Source: Mycobacterium tuberculosis H37Rv (GTDB lineage: Bacteria; Actinomycetota; Actinomycetes; Mycobacteriales; Mycobacteriaceae). Taken from it: a stretch of 32,000 bases of DNA. Under the pieces are notes generated by a model that searched no databases, was not told the origin of the DNA, and saw only the letters and a list, made by a program, of their open reading frames with translations. The translations under genes were made by a program, and so were the position numbers. The DNA is taken from positions 2,700,001-2,732,000 of the forward strand of contig NC_000962.3 in NCBI RefSeq assembly GCF_000195955.2. The letters are read 5' to 3'. Below are positions 1-10,350 of the stretch, piece after piece (within the stretch, counting starts at the first letter, position 1; the number at the start of each line of letters is the position of its first letter).

Positions 1-457
1 GCGCTACGGCGATGAGGCGTTGGACGCCTCACTGCTGCTGGTGGTGCTGACCCGATTCCTGCCGCCGGACGACCCGCGGGTGCGCAACACCGTGCTGGCC
101 ATCGCCGACGAGCTGACCGAGGACGGCCTGGTGTTGAGGTACCGGGTGCATGAGACCGACGACGGGCTTTCCGGCGAGGAAGGCACGTTCACCATCTGCT
201 CGTTTTGGCTGGTATCGGCGCTGGTCGAGATCGGTGAGGTGGGCCGCGCCAAGCGGCTGTGCGAGCGGCTGTTGTCCTTCGCCAGCCCGCTGCTGCTCTA
301 CGCGGAGGAGATTGAGCCGCGGAGCGGGCGTCACCTGGGCAACTTCCCGCAGGCGTTCACCCACCTGGCACTGATCAACGCCGTGGTCCACGTGATTCGC
401 GCCGAGGAGGAAGCCGACAGCTCGGGGATGTTTCAGCCCGCCAACGCCCCCATGTAG
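1..457 (+). CDS. C-terminal part of a glycoside hydrolase family 15 (trehalase/glucoamylase-like) protein, truncated by window start
   Basis: Open frame from the window edge with ...GTFTICSFWLVSALVEIGEVGRAKRLCERLLSFASPLLLYAEEIEP.SGRHLGNFPQAFTHLALINAV..., typical of the C-terminal (alpha/alpha)6 barrel of GH15 proteins. Matches remembered Rv2402. Confidence 0.9.
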   Translation, partial: RYGDEALDASLLLVVLTRFLPPDDPRVRNTVLAIADELTEDGLVLRYRVHETDDGLSGEEGTFTICSFWLVSALVEIGEVGRAKRLCERLLSFASPLLLYAEEIEPRSGRHLGNFPQAFTHLALINAVVHVIRAEEEADSSGMFQPANAPM

Positions 458-467
458 GACTTCCGAT

Positions 468-529
468 GCCGAGCAGACGCAAAATCGCCCAAATTCGGGC
501 CGAAATGGGCGATTTTGCGTCTGCTCGGC
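468..529. terminator. Perfect 24-bp inverted repeat with 14-nt loop between convergent genes
   Basis: gccgagcagacgcaaaatcgccca - aattcgggccgaaa - tgggcgattttgcgtctgctcggc. The arms are exact reverse complements and lie between convergent stops at 457 and 535. Confidence 0.8.
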
Positions 530-534
530 AAGCG

Positions 535-1286
535 TCAACTCAATTCGCTGATCCTGTCCATCATCGCGTGTGCGATATCGACGGCGCTGGTGCTGATGTC
601 GGCCGACCCCTGATCCGACGGGTGGGTGATGCCAAAGAAGGTGACCGCGACCTCGACCACGCAATTGCCCCGTACGCCGACGGCACGGGCCTGAGGGACG
701 GACGCCAGTATGGAGTGCGTGCCGCGTCGCAGCGAGACCGTTGCCGCGACAACTGAATCCGCAACCCGGACGTCGGTGATGGAGCGTTGACCGAACGCGC
801 TGGCGGGCACCGTCAGCGTTGTGCCATCACATTCCTTCCACTGCGCAGAAAACCTCGCGAACAGATCATCGGCGGCTGCCGCGGAAGGCAGGGCGACGAC
901 ACCCTCATCGACGTCATCCACCTTCACCGAGGAACCGTCGTGTCGCCACGACACCCGGGCGACGCTTTTGACCTCGACGGACCGGTAAACGTTCCGCTGC
1001 GTCAGGTAACCGACGCCCACGCAGTCAGCGGGCCGAGCCGATACATCACTGTCTCCCAAACTGTCGCTGCCCCCGAACACCGGCGGGAAAGGTGGAAGGG
1101 CCTGAAACGGCTGGTTGAGGAGCGTTGACAGCGCAGCGCCGTCGAGCGGTACCCGCTGGATCAGTGAACCCATCAGCGGACGCGGCACTGCGTTCGGCGC
1201 CAGACCTGCTTTCCCGGTCGTCGTTGTGGTGCACCCGGCAGCGAGGAACACGGCAAACAGCGGAACCACCCAGCGCCAGCGGTTTG

Positions 1287-1290
<4 letters not shown>
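535..1290 (-). CDS. lppR: Probable lipoprotein LppR
   Basis: GTG start at 1290. N-terminus [29 protein letters not shown] has a signal peptide and a lipobox ending AAGC. Overlaps the lepA stop (GTGA). 251 aa. Confidence 0.9.
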
Positions 1291-3248
<1,958 letters not shown>

Positions 3249-3268
3249 GGAAGTCACAGTGGAAAACG

Positions 3269-3838
3269 TTGCAGCGCTTCGCGGAGAACCTGGTGTTCAC
3301 TGAGGCTCCTAAGCTGGTGCGTCACCTGCAAAACACGCAGGAAACGCTTCGCACAATCCGGCAAGCCGTCAAGATCACCGCGAACATCATGACCACCGCC
3401 GTGCCGTCGCCACCGGCCGAAATTGCCGCGGGCCGGCCGGTGACCAGCACCAGCTGTCCCACCGCAGCGCGAGCCCGCAGACTTGTCTACGCCCCGGACC
3501 TCGATGGCCGGGCCGATCCCGGCGAGATCGTGTGGACTTGGGTGGCCTACGAGCAGGACCCCACCCGCGGCAAAGACCGACCCGTGCTCGTCGTGGGCCG
3601 AGACCGCAGCGTTCTGTTGGGGTTGCTGGTGTCCAGCCAGGAGCGCCATGCTGCCGACCGGGACTGGGTGGGAATCGGTTCTGGCGCTTGGGACTACGAG
3701 GGCCGAGAAAGCTGGGTACGGCTGGACCGGGTGCTCGACGTACCCGAGGAGAGTATCCGCCGCGAAGGCGCGATTCTGGAACGCGAGGTCTTCGACGTGG
3801 TAGCCGCCCGGCTGCGTGCCGACTACGCCTGGCGCTAA
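3269..3838 (+). CDS. PemK/MazF-like domain protein
   Basis: [44 protein letters not shown]... fits the PemK/MazF fold pattern (PGEIVW / GKDRPVLV). The open frame extends back to ATG 3236; TTG 3269 gives the 189-aa version (Rv2405). Confidence 0.8.
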   Translation: MQRFAENLVFTEAPKLVRHLQNTQETLRTIRQAVKITANIMTTAVPSPPAEIAAGRPVTSTSCPTAARARRLVYAPDLDGRADPGEIVWTWVAYEQDPTRGKDRPVLVVGRDRSVLLGLLVSSQERHAADRDWVGIGSGAWDYEGRESWVRLDRVLDVPEESIRREGAILEREVFDVVAARLRADYAWR

Positions 3839-3895
3839 ACCGGGCCGGGCGGCCAGCGCAATCGGCTGGGCAACGAGCCCCGATCAGGCCCCAAT

Positions 3896-4009
3896 CAGCC
3901 CCGCCTGGCGACGACGCGGGCCGCCCAGCGGCCCGCTGAGGAGCCGGGCAGTCAGCCCCGCCCGGCGACGATGCGGGCCGCCCAGCGGCCCGCTGAGGAG
4001 CCGGGCAAT
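3896..4009. repeat. Tandem minisatellite, 2 x 57 bp, plus a partial third start
   Basis: Unit 1 3896-3952 cagccccgcctggcgacgacgcgggccgcccagcggcccgctgaggagccgggcagt; unit 2 3953-4009 is identical except for three substitutions. Each unit contains gcgggccgc-cca-gcggcccgc (9-bp stem). Confidence 0.95.
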
Positions 4010-4437
4010 CAGCCCTGAGTGATGTAGGACTGAAGCTGCTGCTGCTCGGCCTCGAGTTCTCCCATGCGCGATTTCACCACGTCACCGATGCTAACGATGC
4101 CGATCAGTTTCTTCCCGTCGAGCACCGGCACGTGGCGGACCCGGTTTTCGGTCATCAGCACACTGATCTTGTCGACCGTGTCGGATTTTGTACAGGTGGC
4201 GACGGTGGTCGACATAATCTTGGCGACCGGGCGAGACAGCACGCTGGCACCATACGTGTGTAGCTGGCGCACCACGTCGCGTTCCGACACGATACCGACC
4301 ACGCCTTCGGCGCCGACCACTACCATGGCGCCGATGTTCTGCTCAGCGAGGCCAGCGAGCAGCTCCCCGACCGTGGCGTCGGGGTTGATCGTCACCACCG
4401 CCGCCCCCTTGTTCCGCAAGACGTCCGCGATGCGCAT
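4009..4437 (-). CDS. Tandem CBS-domain protein
   Basis: MRIADVLRNKGAAVVTINPDATVGELLAGLAEQNIGAMVVV...GIVSERDVVRQLH...MTENRVRHVPVLDGKKLIGIVSIGDVVKSRM. Two CBS motifs. Matches Rv2406c. Confidence 0.93.
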   Translation of the reverse strand: MRIADVLRNKGAAVVTINPDATVGELLAGLAEQNIGAMVVVGAEGVVGIVSERDVVRQLHTYGASVLSRPVAKIMSTTVATCTKSDTVDKISVLMTENRVRHVPVLDGKKLIGIVSIGDVVKSRMGELEAEQQQLQSYITQG

Positions 4438-4696
4438 CAAGGCCTCCCGCCGGTGGTGAGCTGGTTCACACCAGGCTACGGCGAACTCGGGCGGCGGGAA
4501 AGCCGATACCGGAATATGCGGCATCTAGCACCCGAACCCGCAGGTGCCCGGCGGTCGGTAGCTGCGTAGCCCGGGCAGGAATTCGGCCGCCGACAACGCC
4601 CATGTCGGCCGCATCCTCGAGGCTAAAACTCGTTGGCCATCAGCCGAATCGGTCGATCGGGGCCGCTGGATCCATCGAGCTTGTCAGGATAGGGCC

Positions 4697-5518
4697 ATGC
4701 TTGAGATCACGTTGCTCGGAACTGGGAGCCCCATTCCCGACCCGGACCGTGCCGGACCATCCACTCTGGTGCGGGCCGGCGCGCAGGCGTTCCTGGTGGA
4801 CTGCGGTCGCGGCGTGCTGCAACGCGCGGCGGCCGTCGGTGTGGGCGCCGCAGGATTGTCGGCGGTGCTGCTCACCCATTTACACGGCGACGTGCTTATC
4901 ACCAGTTGGGTCACCAACTTCGCTGCTGATCCCGCGCCCTTGCCGATCATCGGACCGCCGGGCACCGCCGAAGTGGTGGAGGCGACGTTGAAGGCATTCG
5001 GTCACGACATCGGCTATCGGATCGCCCACCACGCCGATCTGACGACACCACCACCGATCGAGGTGCACGAATACACCGCAGGCCCAGCTTGGGATCGCGA
5101 CGGCGTGACAATCCGGGTGGCCCCTACCGATCATCGGCCGGTCACGCCGACGATCGGATTCCGGATCGAATCCGACGGTGCTTCGGTGGTGCTCGCCGGT
5201 GACACCGTTCCTTGTGACAGCCTCGACCAGCTGGCCGCCGGAGCGGATGCGTTGGTACACACGGTGATCCGCAAAGACATCGTCACGCAGATCCCGCAGC
5301 AACGGGTCAAGGACATCTGCGATTACCACTCGTCGGTGCAGGAAGCCGCCGCAACCGCGAACCGCGCAGGGGTGGGAACCCTGGTCATGACGCACTATGT
5401 GCCGGCTATCGGGCCCGGACAAGAAGAACAGTGGCGGGCGCTGGCCGCGACCGAGTTCAGCGGGCGGATCGAGGTCGGCAACGACCTACACCGAGTCGAG
5501 GTGCACCCGCGGCGCTAG
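4697..5518 (+). CDS. rnz: RNase Z-like metallo-beta-lactamase fold protein
   Basis: [25 protein letters not shown]...LVDCGRG...LTHLHGDV...[17 protein letters not shown]...HTVI...MTHYVPAI. Matches Rv2407. Confidence 0.88.
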   Translation: MLEITLLGTGSPIPDPDRAGPSTLVRAGAQAFLVDCGRGVLQRAAAVGVGAAGLSAVLLTHLHGDVLITSWVTNFAADPAPLPIIGPPGTAEVVEATLKAFGHDIGYRIAHHADLTTPPPIEVHEYTAGPAWDRDGVTIRVAPTDHRPVTPTIGFRIESDGASVVLAGDTVPCDSLDQLAAGADALVHTVIRKDIVTQIPQQRVKDICDYHSSVQEAAATANRAGVGTLVMTHYVPAIGPGQEEQWRALAATEFSGRIEVGNDLHRVEVHPRR

Positions 5519-6016
5519 CACGCCAGCTATGACCAACCAGCCCCGACACCAGGGCGATCGATAAGGCAAGAAGTAGATCGCCCGAACCAGCGCCGGGTCC
5601 GTGCTGACCCTCGGGCGCCACACGGTCTTGCCCAGCAAACCGGTCAGCCCGGACGCTCCCGCCCGCCACGGTGCCGCCGGCCAACGCCGATCGTCGAACC
5701 CCACCCGGTCACTGAAAGCTGCCGCAGGCGGTTGGCTGATGCAACACCGCGGTGGCAATACGTGCAGCGCGACCGGCTCATCGCGGATCTACGGCGCAAC
5801 CGCGGTGATCGGCGTCACGCCGCGGGTGCGACCCCCACGGGACCCCGGTTCCCACTGCTGTTTGGCGGTGAATCGCTGACACCGTGGACGGCGCCCAGCC
5901 GCGGCTGTTCGCGGTGGTGCAGCCGACCCGATTTCACGGAAACACAGGCTGTCATCAGCGAGGGAAACTATTCGCCGTGCAAAGCATTTCCATGGCGCCA
6001 CACCGATAGCCGGCTT

Positions 6017-6736
6017 GTGCTGATCGCACGTCCCGATATCTTATGCAGTCGCGGTCCGGAGGCAATGCGGGCCAAAGCCGCCGATTTGGACTTGGCTGCG
6101 GCGGCAAAGACGGTCGGAGTGCAGCCCGCCGCCGATCAGGTGGCGGCGGCAATTGCCGCAATATTGCTGTCACACGCCCAGATCTACCAGGACATCAGCA
6201 CACAGATGGCGGCATTCCACGACCAGCTCGTAGAGAACCGCACGGCAGATAGCACGTCGTACGCCAGCGCCGAGGCCAACGCCCAGCAGAGCCTGCTCAA
6301 TGCGATGGATGCACCGAGCTGGCAACAGCGCCGAGAAACCGTCGGCGAGGTGGGGCTCCCAGCGGACCCAGCGGGATCCGGCACGGCGACGGCGGCAGTG
6401 GCGGCGGCGACGACGGCGCGGGCAGGAAGCCGTTCGGCCGCCCAGGCAACCGTGGCGCCTATCGGCGGGCTGAAACTCCGCCGCGAATCTGCGCTAAGCC
6501 AGCCGGGTGATCTCCACCACCACGTCGAGGTCGGTGACGCCCTCCCCAGAGTAGATCCCTTTCAGCGGGGAAACGTCGGTGTAGTCGCGGCCTACACCCA
6601 CACTGATGTATTGCTCGGTGATCTCATTGTCATTGGTGGGGTCGTAGTGCCACCATCCACCGGTCCAGGCCTGAACCCAGGCATGGCTGCGCCCGTCTAC
6701 CGTCTTTCCCACCACGGCATCACGCTTAGGGTGTAG
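6017..6736 (+). CDS. PE24: Atypical PE family protein (PE24); the 3' third is antisense to the neighbouring gene
   Basis: PE-like ...AAAAKTVGVQPAADQVAAAIAAILLSHAQIYQDISTQMAAFHDQLVENRTADSTSYASAEANAQQSLLNAMDAP. GTG start 6017. Lacks the canonical MSFV N-terminus. Confidence 0.7.
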   Translation: MLIARPDILCSRGPEAMRAKAADLDLAAAAKTVGVQPAADQVAAAIAAILLSHAQIYQDISTQMAAFHDQLVENRTADSTSYASAEANAQQSLLNAMDAPSWQQRRETVGEVGLPADPAGSGTATAAVAAATTARAGSRSAAQATVAPIGGLKLRRESALSQPGDLHHHVEVGDALPRVDPFQRGNVGVVAAYTHTDVLLGDLIVIGGVVVPPSTGPGLNPGMAAPVYRLSHHGITLRV

Positions 6737-7333
6737 ATACCCAGACACGTACCGACAGGGAATTCCCATGCTGCGCAACACCATCAGCGACAAGTGCACG
6801 AAGTCCTGGCAGACGCCCTTGCCTTGTTCCAGCGCATCGAGCCCGGACGAGTGCACACTGGTGGTGCCCGGAATGTAGTCCAGCTCGCTGCGCGCCCACC
6901 GGGCGGCGGCGACTACGGCCTCGCTGGGCTCATGGCATTTCCTGATCCGCCTGCCGACGGCATCAACGCGGGCGCTTGCCGGGGTGTGCGGGGTTGGGCG
7001 GAGCACTTCGTCGAACCTGTCGATCACGGCCGTCGATTGCAGGTCGGCCCAGGTTGCCTTGGCGGCCAACGGCTCCGGGCGCTCGGTCTCCACCACCGAC
7101 GAGGACGTCACCGTCAGTTCGGTGTGCGGCGCATGCAAGTCAAACGCCGTCACGGCAGTACCCCAATAATCGATATAGCGGTAGGAGCGGGTGGCCGGGA
7201 TGGTTTCGACTCGGTTGAGGACGAGGTTCTGCCGCGAACTCGACCGAGGGGTCAGCCGGGCTTCGTTGTATGAGGCCGTCACCGGCGACTGGTAGACATA
7301 TCCGGTGGTGTGCACCACCCGGGTTCGCCACAT
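6494..7333 (-). CDS. Transglutaminase-like (COG1305) protein
   Basis: MWRTRVVHTTGYVYQSPVTASYNEARLTPR...EQGKGVCQDFVHLSLMVLRSMGIPCRYVSGYLHP...GRSHAWVQAWTGGWWHYDPTND has the Cys/His/Asp transglutaminase triad. Matches Rv2409c. Confidence 0.93.
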   Translation of the reverse strand: MWRTRVVHTTGYVYQSPVTASYNEARLTPRSSSRQNLVLNRVETIPATRSYRYIDYWGTAVTAFDLHAPHTELTVTSSSVVETERPEPLAAKATWADLQSTAVIDRFDEVLRPTPHTPASARVDAVGRRIRKCHEPSEAVVAAARWARSELDYIPGTTSVHSSGLDALEQGKGVCQDFVHLSLMVLRSMGIPCRYVSGYLHPKRDAVVGKTVDGRSHAWVQAWTGGWWHYDPTNDNEITEQYISVGVGRDYTDVSPLKGIYSGEGVTDLDVVVEITRLA

Positions 7334-8310
7334 CAGGATTCCTCTTGGCTTCCGACGAGTTGGCCACGCTGGCCTGCATCCGACCACGCAACCCAGGGAG
7401 CTGCGTGAAAGTACTGCAGCGCCAATGCATCTCCGACATCACGACAGGTCGTCTGCAAGCCCGCCAGGCGGCTCTCCAAGGTCTCGAGCAGGACGCCGGG
7501 TTGCACGAATTCCAGCTCGCTGCGTGCTTGCCCTAACAACCGCTGTGCTTCGGTGGTCGCCCCGATCCGGCTGTGCGGATTGTGCATCAACTCGGCGAGA
7601 TTGTGTTCGGCCAGCTTCAACGAGTGAAAGACCGAGCGCGGGAAAAGCCGGTCGAGCATCATGAACTCCACCACCCGGCCCGCGTCCAGCACACCGCGGT
7701 AGGTGCGCAGGTACGTGTCGTGCGCACCCGCCGAGCGCAGCAGCGTCACCCAGGCCGGCGACGATGCGCTATCCCCCACCCGTGACAGCAACAGCCGCAC
7801 CGTCATGTCGACCCGCTCAATCGCGCGCCCAAGCAACATGAAGCGATATCCGTCGTCACGCAAAAGCGTCGAATCGGCCAGGCCGGCAAACATCGCCGCA
7901 CGGCCCTCGATGAACGACAGAAACTCGTGCGGCCCAAGGCGTTTGGCAGCGCGTTCGCGTTCAGGCAGGGCGTTATAGGTGGTGTTGAGACACTCCCACG
8001 TCTCGCTGGAGGTGACTTCCCGCGCCGATTTTGCGTTTTCCCGTGCCGCCGAGATCGCGTCGACAATGGAAGAACCACCCTGGCTATTGGTGCTGAAAGC
8101 CACCAGGTCCGTCAAGGACCAGACATCCAGCTCGTGGTCGGGCGGCTCGATGCCCAGCACCCGCAGCAGCAGCCGGGAGGCCTGGTCGGGATCGACACTG
8201 GAATCCTCGAGCAATTGATGCACCGCGACGTCGAGAATGCGCGCGGTGTCGTCGGCGCGCTCGACGTAGCGACCGATCCAATACAGTGCTTCGGCGTTGC
8301 GGGCGAGCAT
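7333..8310 (-). CDS. Alpha-E domain protein (COG2307)
   Basis: MLARNAEALYWIGRYVERADDTARILDVAVHQLLED... is a typical alpha-E start. Overlaps both neighbours by 1 nt (TGATG and ATGA-type junctions). Matches Rv2410c. Confidence 0.93.
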   Translation of the reverse strand: MLARNAEALYWIGRYVERADDTARILDVAVHQLLEDSSVDPDQASRLLLRVLGIEPPDHELDVWSLTDLVAFSTNSQGGSSIVDAISAARENAKSAREVTSSETWECLNTTYNALPERERAAKRLGPHEFLSFIEGRAAMFAGLADSTLLRDDGYRFMLLGRAIERVDMTVRLLLSRVGDSASSPAWVTLLRSAGAHDTYLRTYRGVLDAGRVVEFMMLDRLFPRSVFHSLKLAEHNLAELMHNPHSRIGATTEAQRLLGQARSELEFVQPGVLLETLESRLAGLQTTCRDVGDALALQYFHAAPWVAWSDAGQRGQLVGSQEES

Positions 8311-9965
8311 CAGTGGAACGCCTGCTGTTGTTGTTGCTGCTGCTGTTGCGGTTGTTGGTCGTGCGGTTCATACCCGGACGCGTCCACCGTTGGGTCGCAC
8401 AGCGGCTGCGGCAGCGAACGCACAATCTGTGCAGCGCCCAACTCGCGGGCGGCCGCCGAAGCGCGCGGGGCCAGCACCCAGGTGTCCTTGGAGCCGCCGC
8501 CTTGGCTGGAGTTGACCACCCGGGAACCCTCAACCAACGCCACTCGGGTCAGCCCGCCCGGCAGCACCCATACCTCGTTACCGTCGTTGACCGCGAACGG
8601 CCGCAAGTCCACGTAGCGGGGCGCCAGCGTGCCTTCGATCCGGGTCGGCACGGTCGACAGTTCCATCATCGGCTGCGCGATCCAGCTGCGGGGATCGTCG
8701 CGGATCTTTTGGCTAACGGCCGCCAATTCGGCCTGAGAGGCTTCCGGGCCGAACACGATGCCGTAACCACCGGATCCCTCGACCGGCTTGAGGACCAATT
8801 CGCGGATCCGGTCCAACACCTCTTCGCGTTCGTCATCCAGCCAGCATCGGAGGGTTTCCACGTTCGCCAGCAGCGGCTTTTCGTGGAGGTAGTACTCGAT
8901 CATGGTCGGCACGTACGTGTAGACGAGTTTGTCGTCACCGACTCCGTTGCCGATCGCACTGGACAGCACGACGTTGCCGGCCCGGGCAGCGTTGACCAAT
9001 CCGGCCACCCCGAGCACCGAATCGGCACGGAACTGCAGCGGATCCAGGAAGGCGTCATCAATGCGCCGATAGATGACGTCGACCTGGCGCTCCCCCTCGG
9101 TGGTGCGCATGTATACCTGGTTGTCTCGACAGAACAGGTCGCGGCCCTCGACCAATTCGACACCCATCTGCCGGGCCAGCAATGAATGCTCGAAATACGC
9201 CGAGTTGTAGACCCCAGGGGTCAGAACCACGACCGTGGGGTCGGCCTCGTTGGTGGCCGCCGAGTTGCGCAGCGCGCGCAGCAGGTGCGAAGCGTAGTCA
9301 TCGACCGCCCGCACCCGATGGGTGGCGAACAGGTTCGGAAAGACCCGCGCCATGGTGCGCCGGTTCTCCATCACATACGACACCCCCGACGGCGAGCGCA
9401 GGTTGTCCTCGAGAACCCGAAAGTCGCCGCGGTGGTCGCGGATCAGGTCGATGCCGGCGACGTGGATTCGCACACCGTTGGGTGGCACGATCCCGACTGC
9501 CTGACGGTGAAAGTGCTCACAGGAGGTCACCAACCGGCGCGGGATGACACCGTCGCGCAGAATCTCCTGATCACCATAGATGTCGTCGAGGTAGCACTCG
9601 AGGGCCTTGACCCGCTGGGTGATGCCACGTTCCAGTCGGGTCCACTCGGGGGCCGAAATGACCCGTGGCACCAGGTCGAGCGGGAACGGCCGCTCCTGGC
9701 CCGACAGCGAAAACGTGATGCCCTGGTCGATGAACGCACGCCCCAGCGCATCAGCGCGGGCCTTGAGTTCGGACGCGTCCGACGGCGCCAGCTCAGCGTA
9801 GATACCTTTGTAGGGGCCGCGGACAATGCCCTGGGCATCGAACATTTCGTCGAAGGCCATCGCATAGACGTCCGACGTGTTGTAGCCGCCGAAGATGCGT
9901 TCGCCGCGTGTGGGCGACCGCCGCCGGGTCTCGTTGAGTTGGTTTGGCAGACTCACGCGTCTCAT
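8310..9965 (-). CDS. Circularly permuted ATP-grasp type peptide/amide ligase family protein (COG2308)
   Basis: ...VIPRRLVTSCEHFHRQAVGI...DFRVLEDNLRSPSGVSYVMENRR...VVLTPGVYNSAYFEHSLLARQMGVELVEGRDLF...VLKPVEGSGGYGIVFGPEA... Matches Rv2411c. Confidence 0.94.
   Translation of the reverse strand: MRRVSLPNQLNETRRRSPTRGERIFGGYNTSDVYAMAFDEMFDAQGIVRGPYKGIYAELAPSDASELKARADALGRAFIDQGITFSLSGQERPFPLDLVPRVISAPEWTRLERGITQRVKALECYLDDIYGDQEILRDGVIPRRLVTSCEHFHRQAVGIVPPNGVRIHVAGIDLIRDHRGDFRVLEDNLRSPSGVSYVMENRRTMARVFPNLFATHRVRAVDDYASHLLRALRNSAATNEADPTVVVLTPGVYNSAYFEHSLLARQMGVELVEGRDLFCRDNQVYMRTTEGERQVDVIYRRIDDAFLDPLQFRADSVLGVAGLVNAARAGNVVLSSAIGNGVGDDKLVYTYVPTMIEYYLHEKPLLANVETLRCWLDDEREEVLDRIRELVLKPVEGSGGYGIVFGPEASQAELAAVSQKIRDDPRSWIAQPMMELSTVPTRIEGTLAPRYVDLRPFAVNDGNEVWVLPGGLTRVALVEGSRVVNSSQGGGSKDTWVLAPRASAAARELGAAQIVRSLPQPLCDPTVDASGYEPHDQQPQQQQQQQQQAFH
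8322..8348 (-). repeat. Imperfect CAG/CAA triplet tract encoding nine Gln near the C-terminus of the ATP-grasp protein
   Basis: + strand ctg ctg ttg ttg ttg ctg ctg ctg ttg. Protein ends ...EPHDQQPQQQQQQQQQAFH*. Confidence 0.95.
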
Positions 9966-10074
9966 GCTGCCTCAAATTCGACATTCCGGCAGACCACAGA
10001 TTCCGCTTTTGGGCGAAAACGTAACCGACTGATAACCTGGGCAGCCGAATCACACCGACAAAGGGAACTTGCAC

Positions 10075-10335
10075 GTGGCCAACATCAAGTCGCAGCAGAA
10101 GCGCAACCGCACCAACGAGCGCGCCCGGCTGCGCAACAAGGCGGTGAAGTCCTCGCTTCGTACCGCTGTCCGTGCCTTCCGCGAAGCTGCCCATGCAGGC
10201 GACAAGGCAAAGGCCGCGGAACTGCTGGCGTCGACCAACCGCAAGCTGGACAAGGCGGCCAGCAAGGGCGTGATCCACAAAAACCAGGCCGCCAACAAGA
10301 AGTCGGCACTGGCCCAGGCGCTCAACAAGCTCTGA
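10075..10335 (+). CDS. rpsT: 30S ribosomal protein S20
   Basis: GTG start; [35 protein letters not shown]...[25 protein letters not shown], 86 aa. Confidence 0.98.
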
Positions 10336-10350
10336 CAGCCACCTGCCGAC

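Noticed and set aside
3896-4009. Possible CRISPR array
   Set aside because: The two units are contiguous 57-bp tandem copies with no variable spacers, and no cas genes are present in the window.
10336-10350. Rho-independent terminator after rpsT
   Set aside because: Only 15 nt separate the convergent rpsT and holA stops and no stem-loop is visible.
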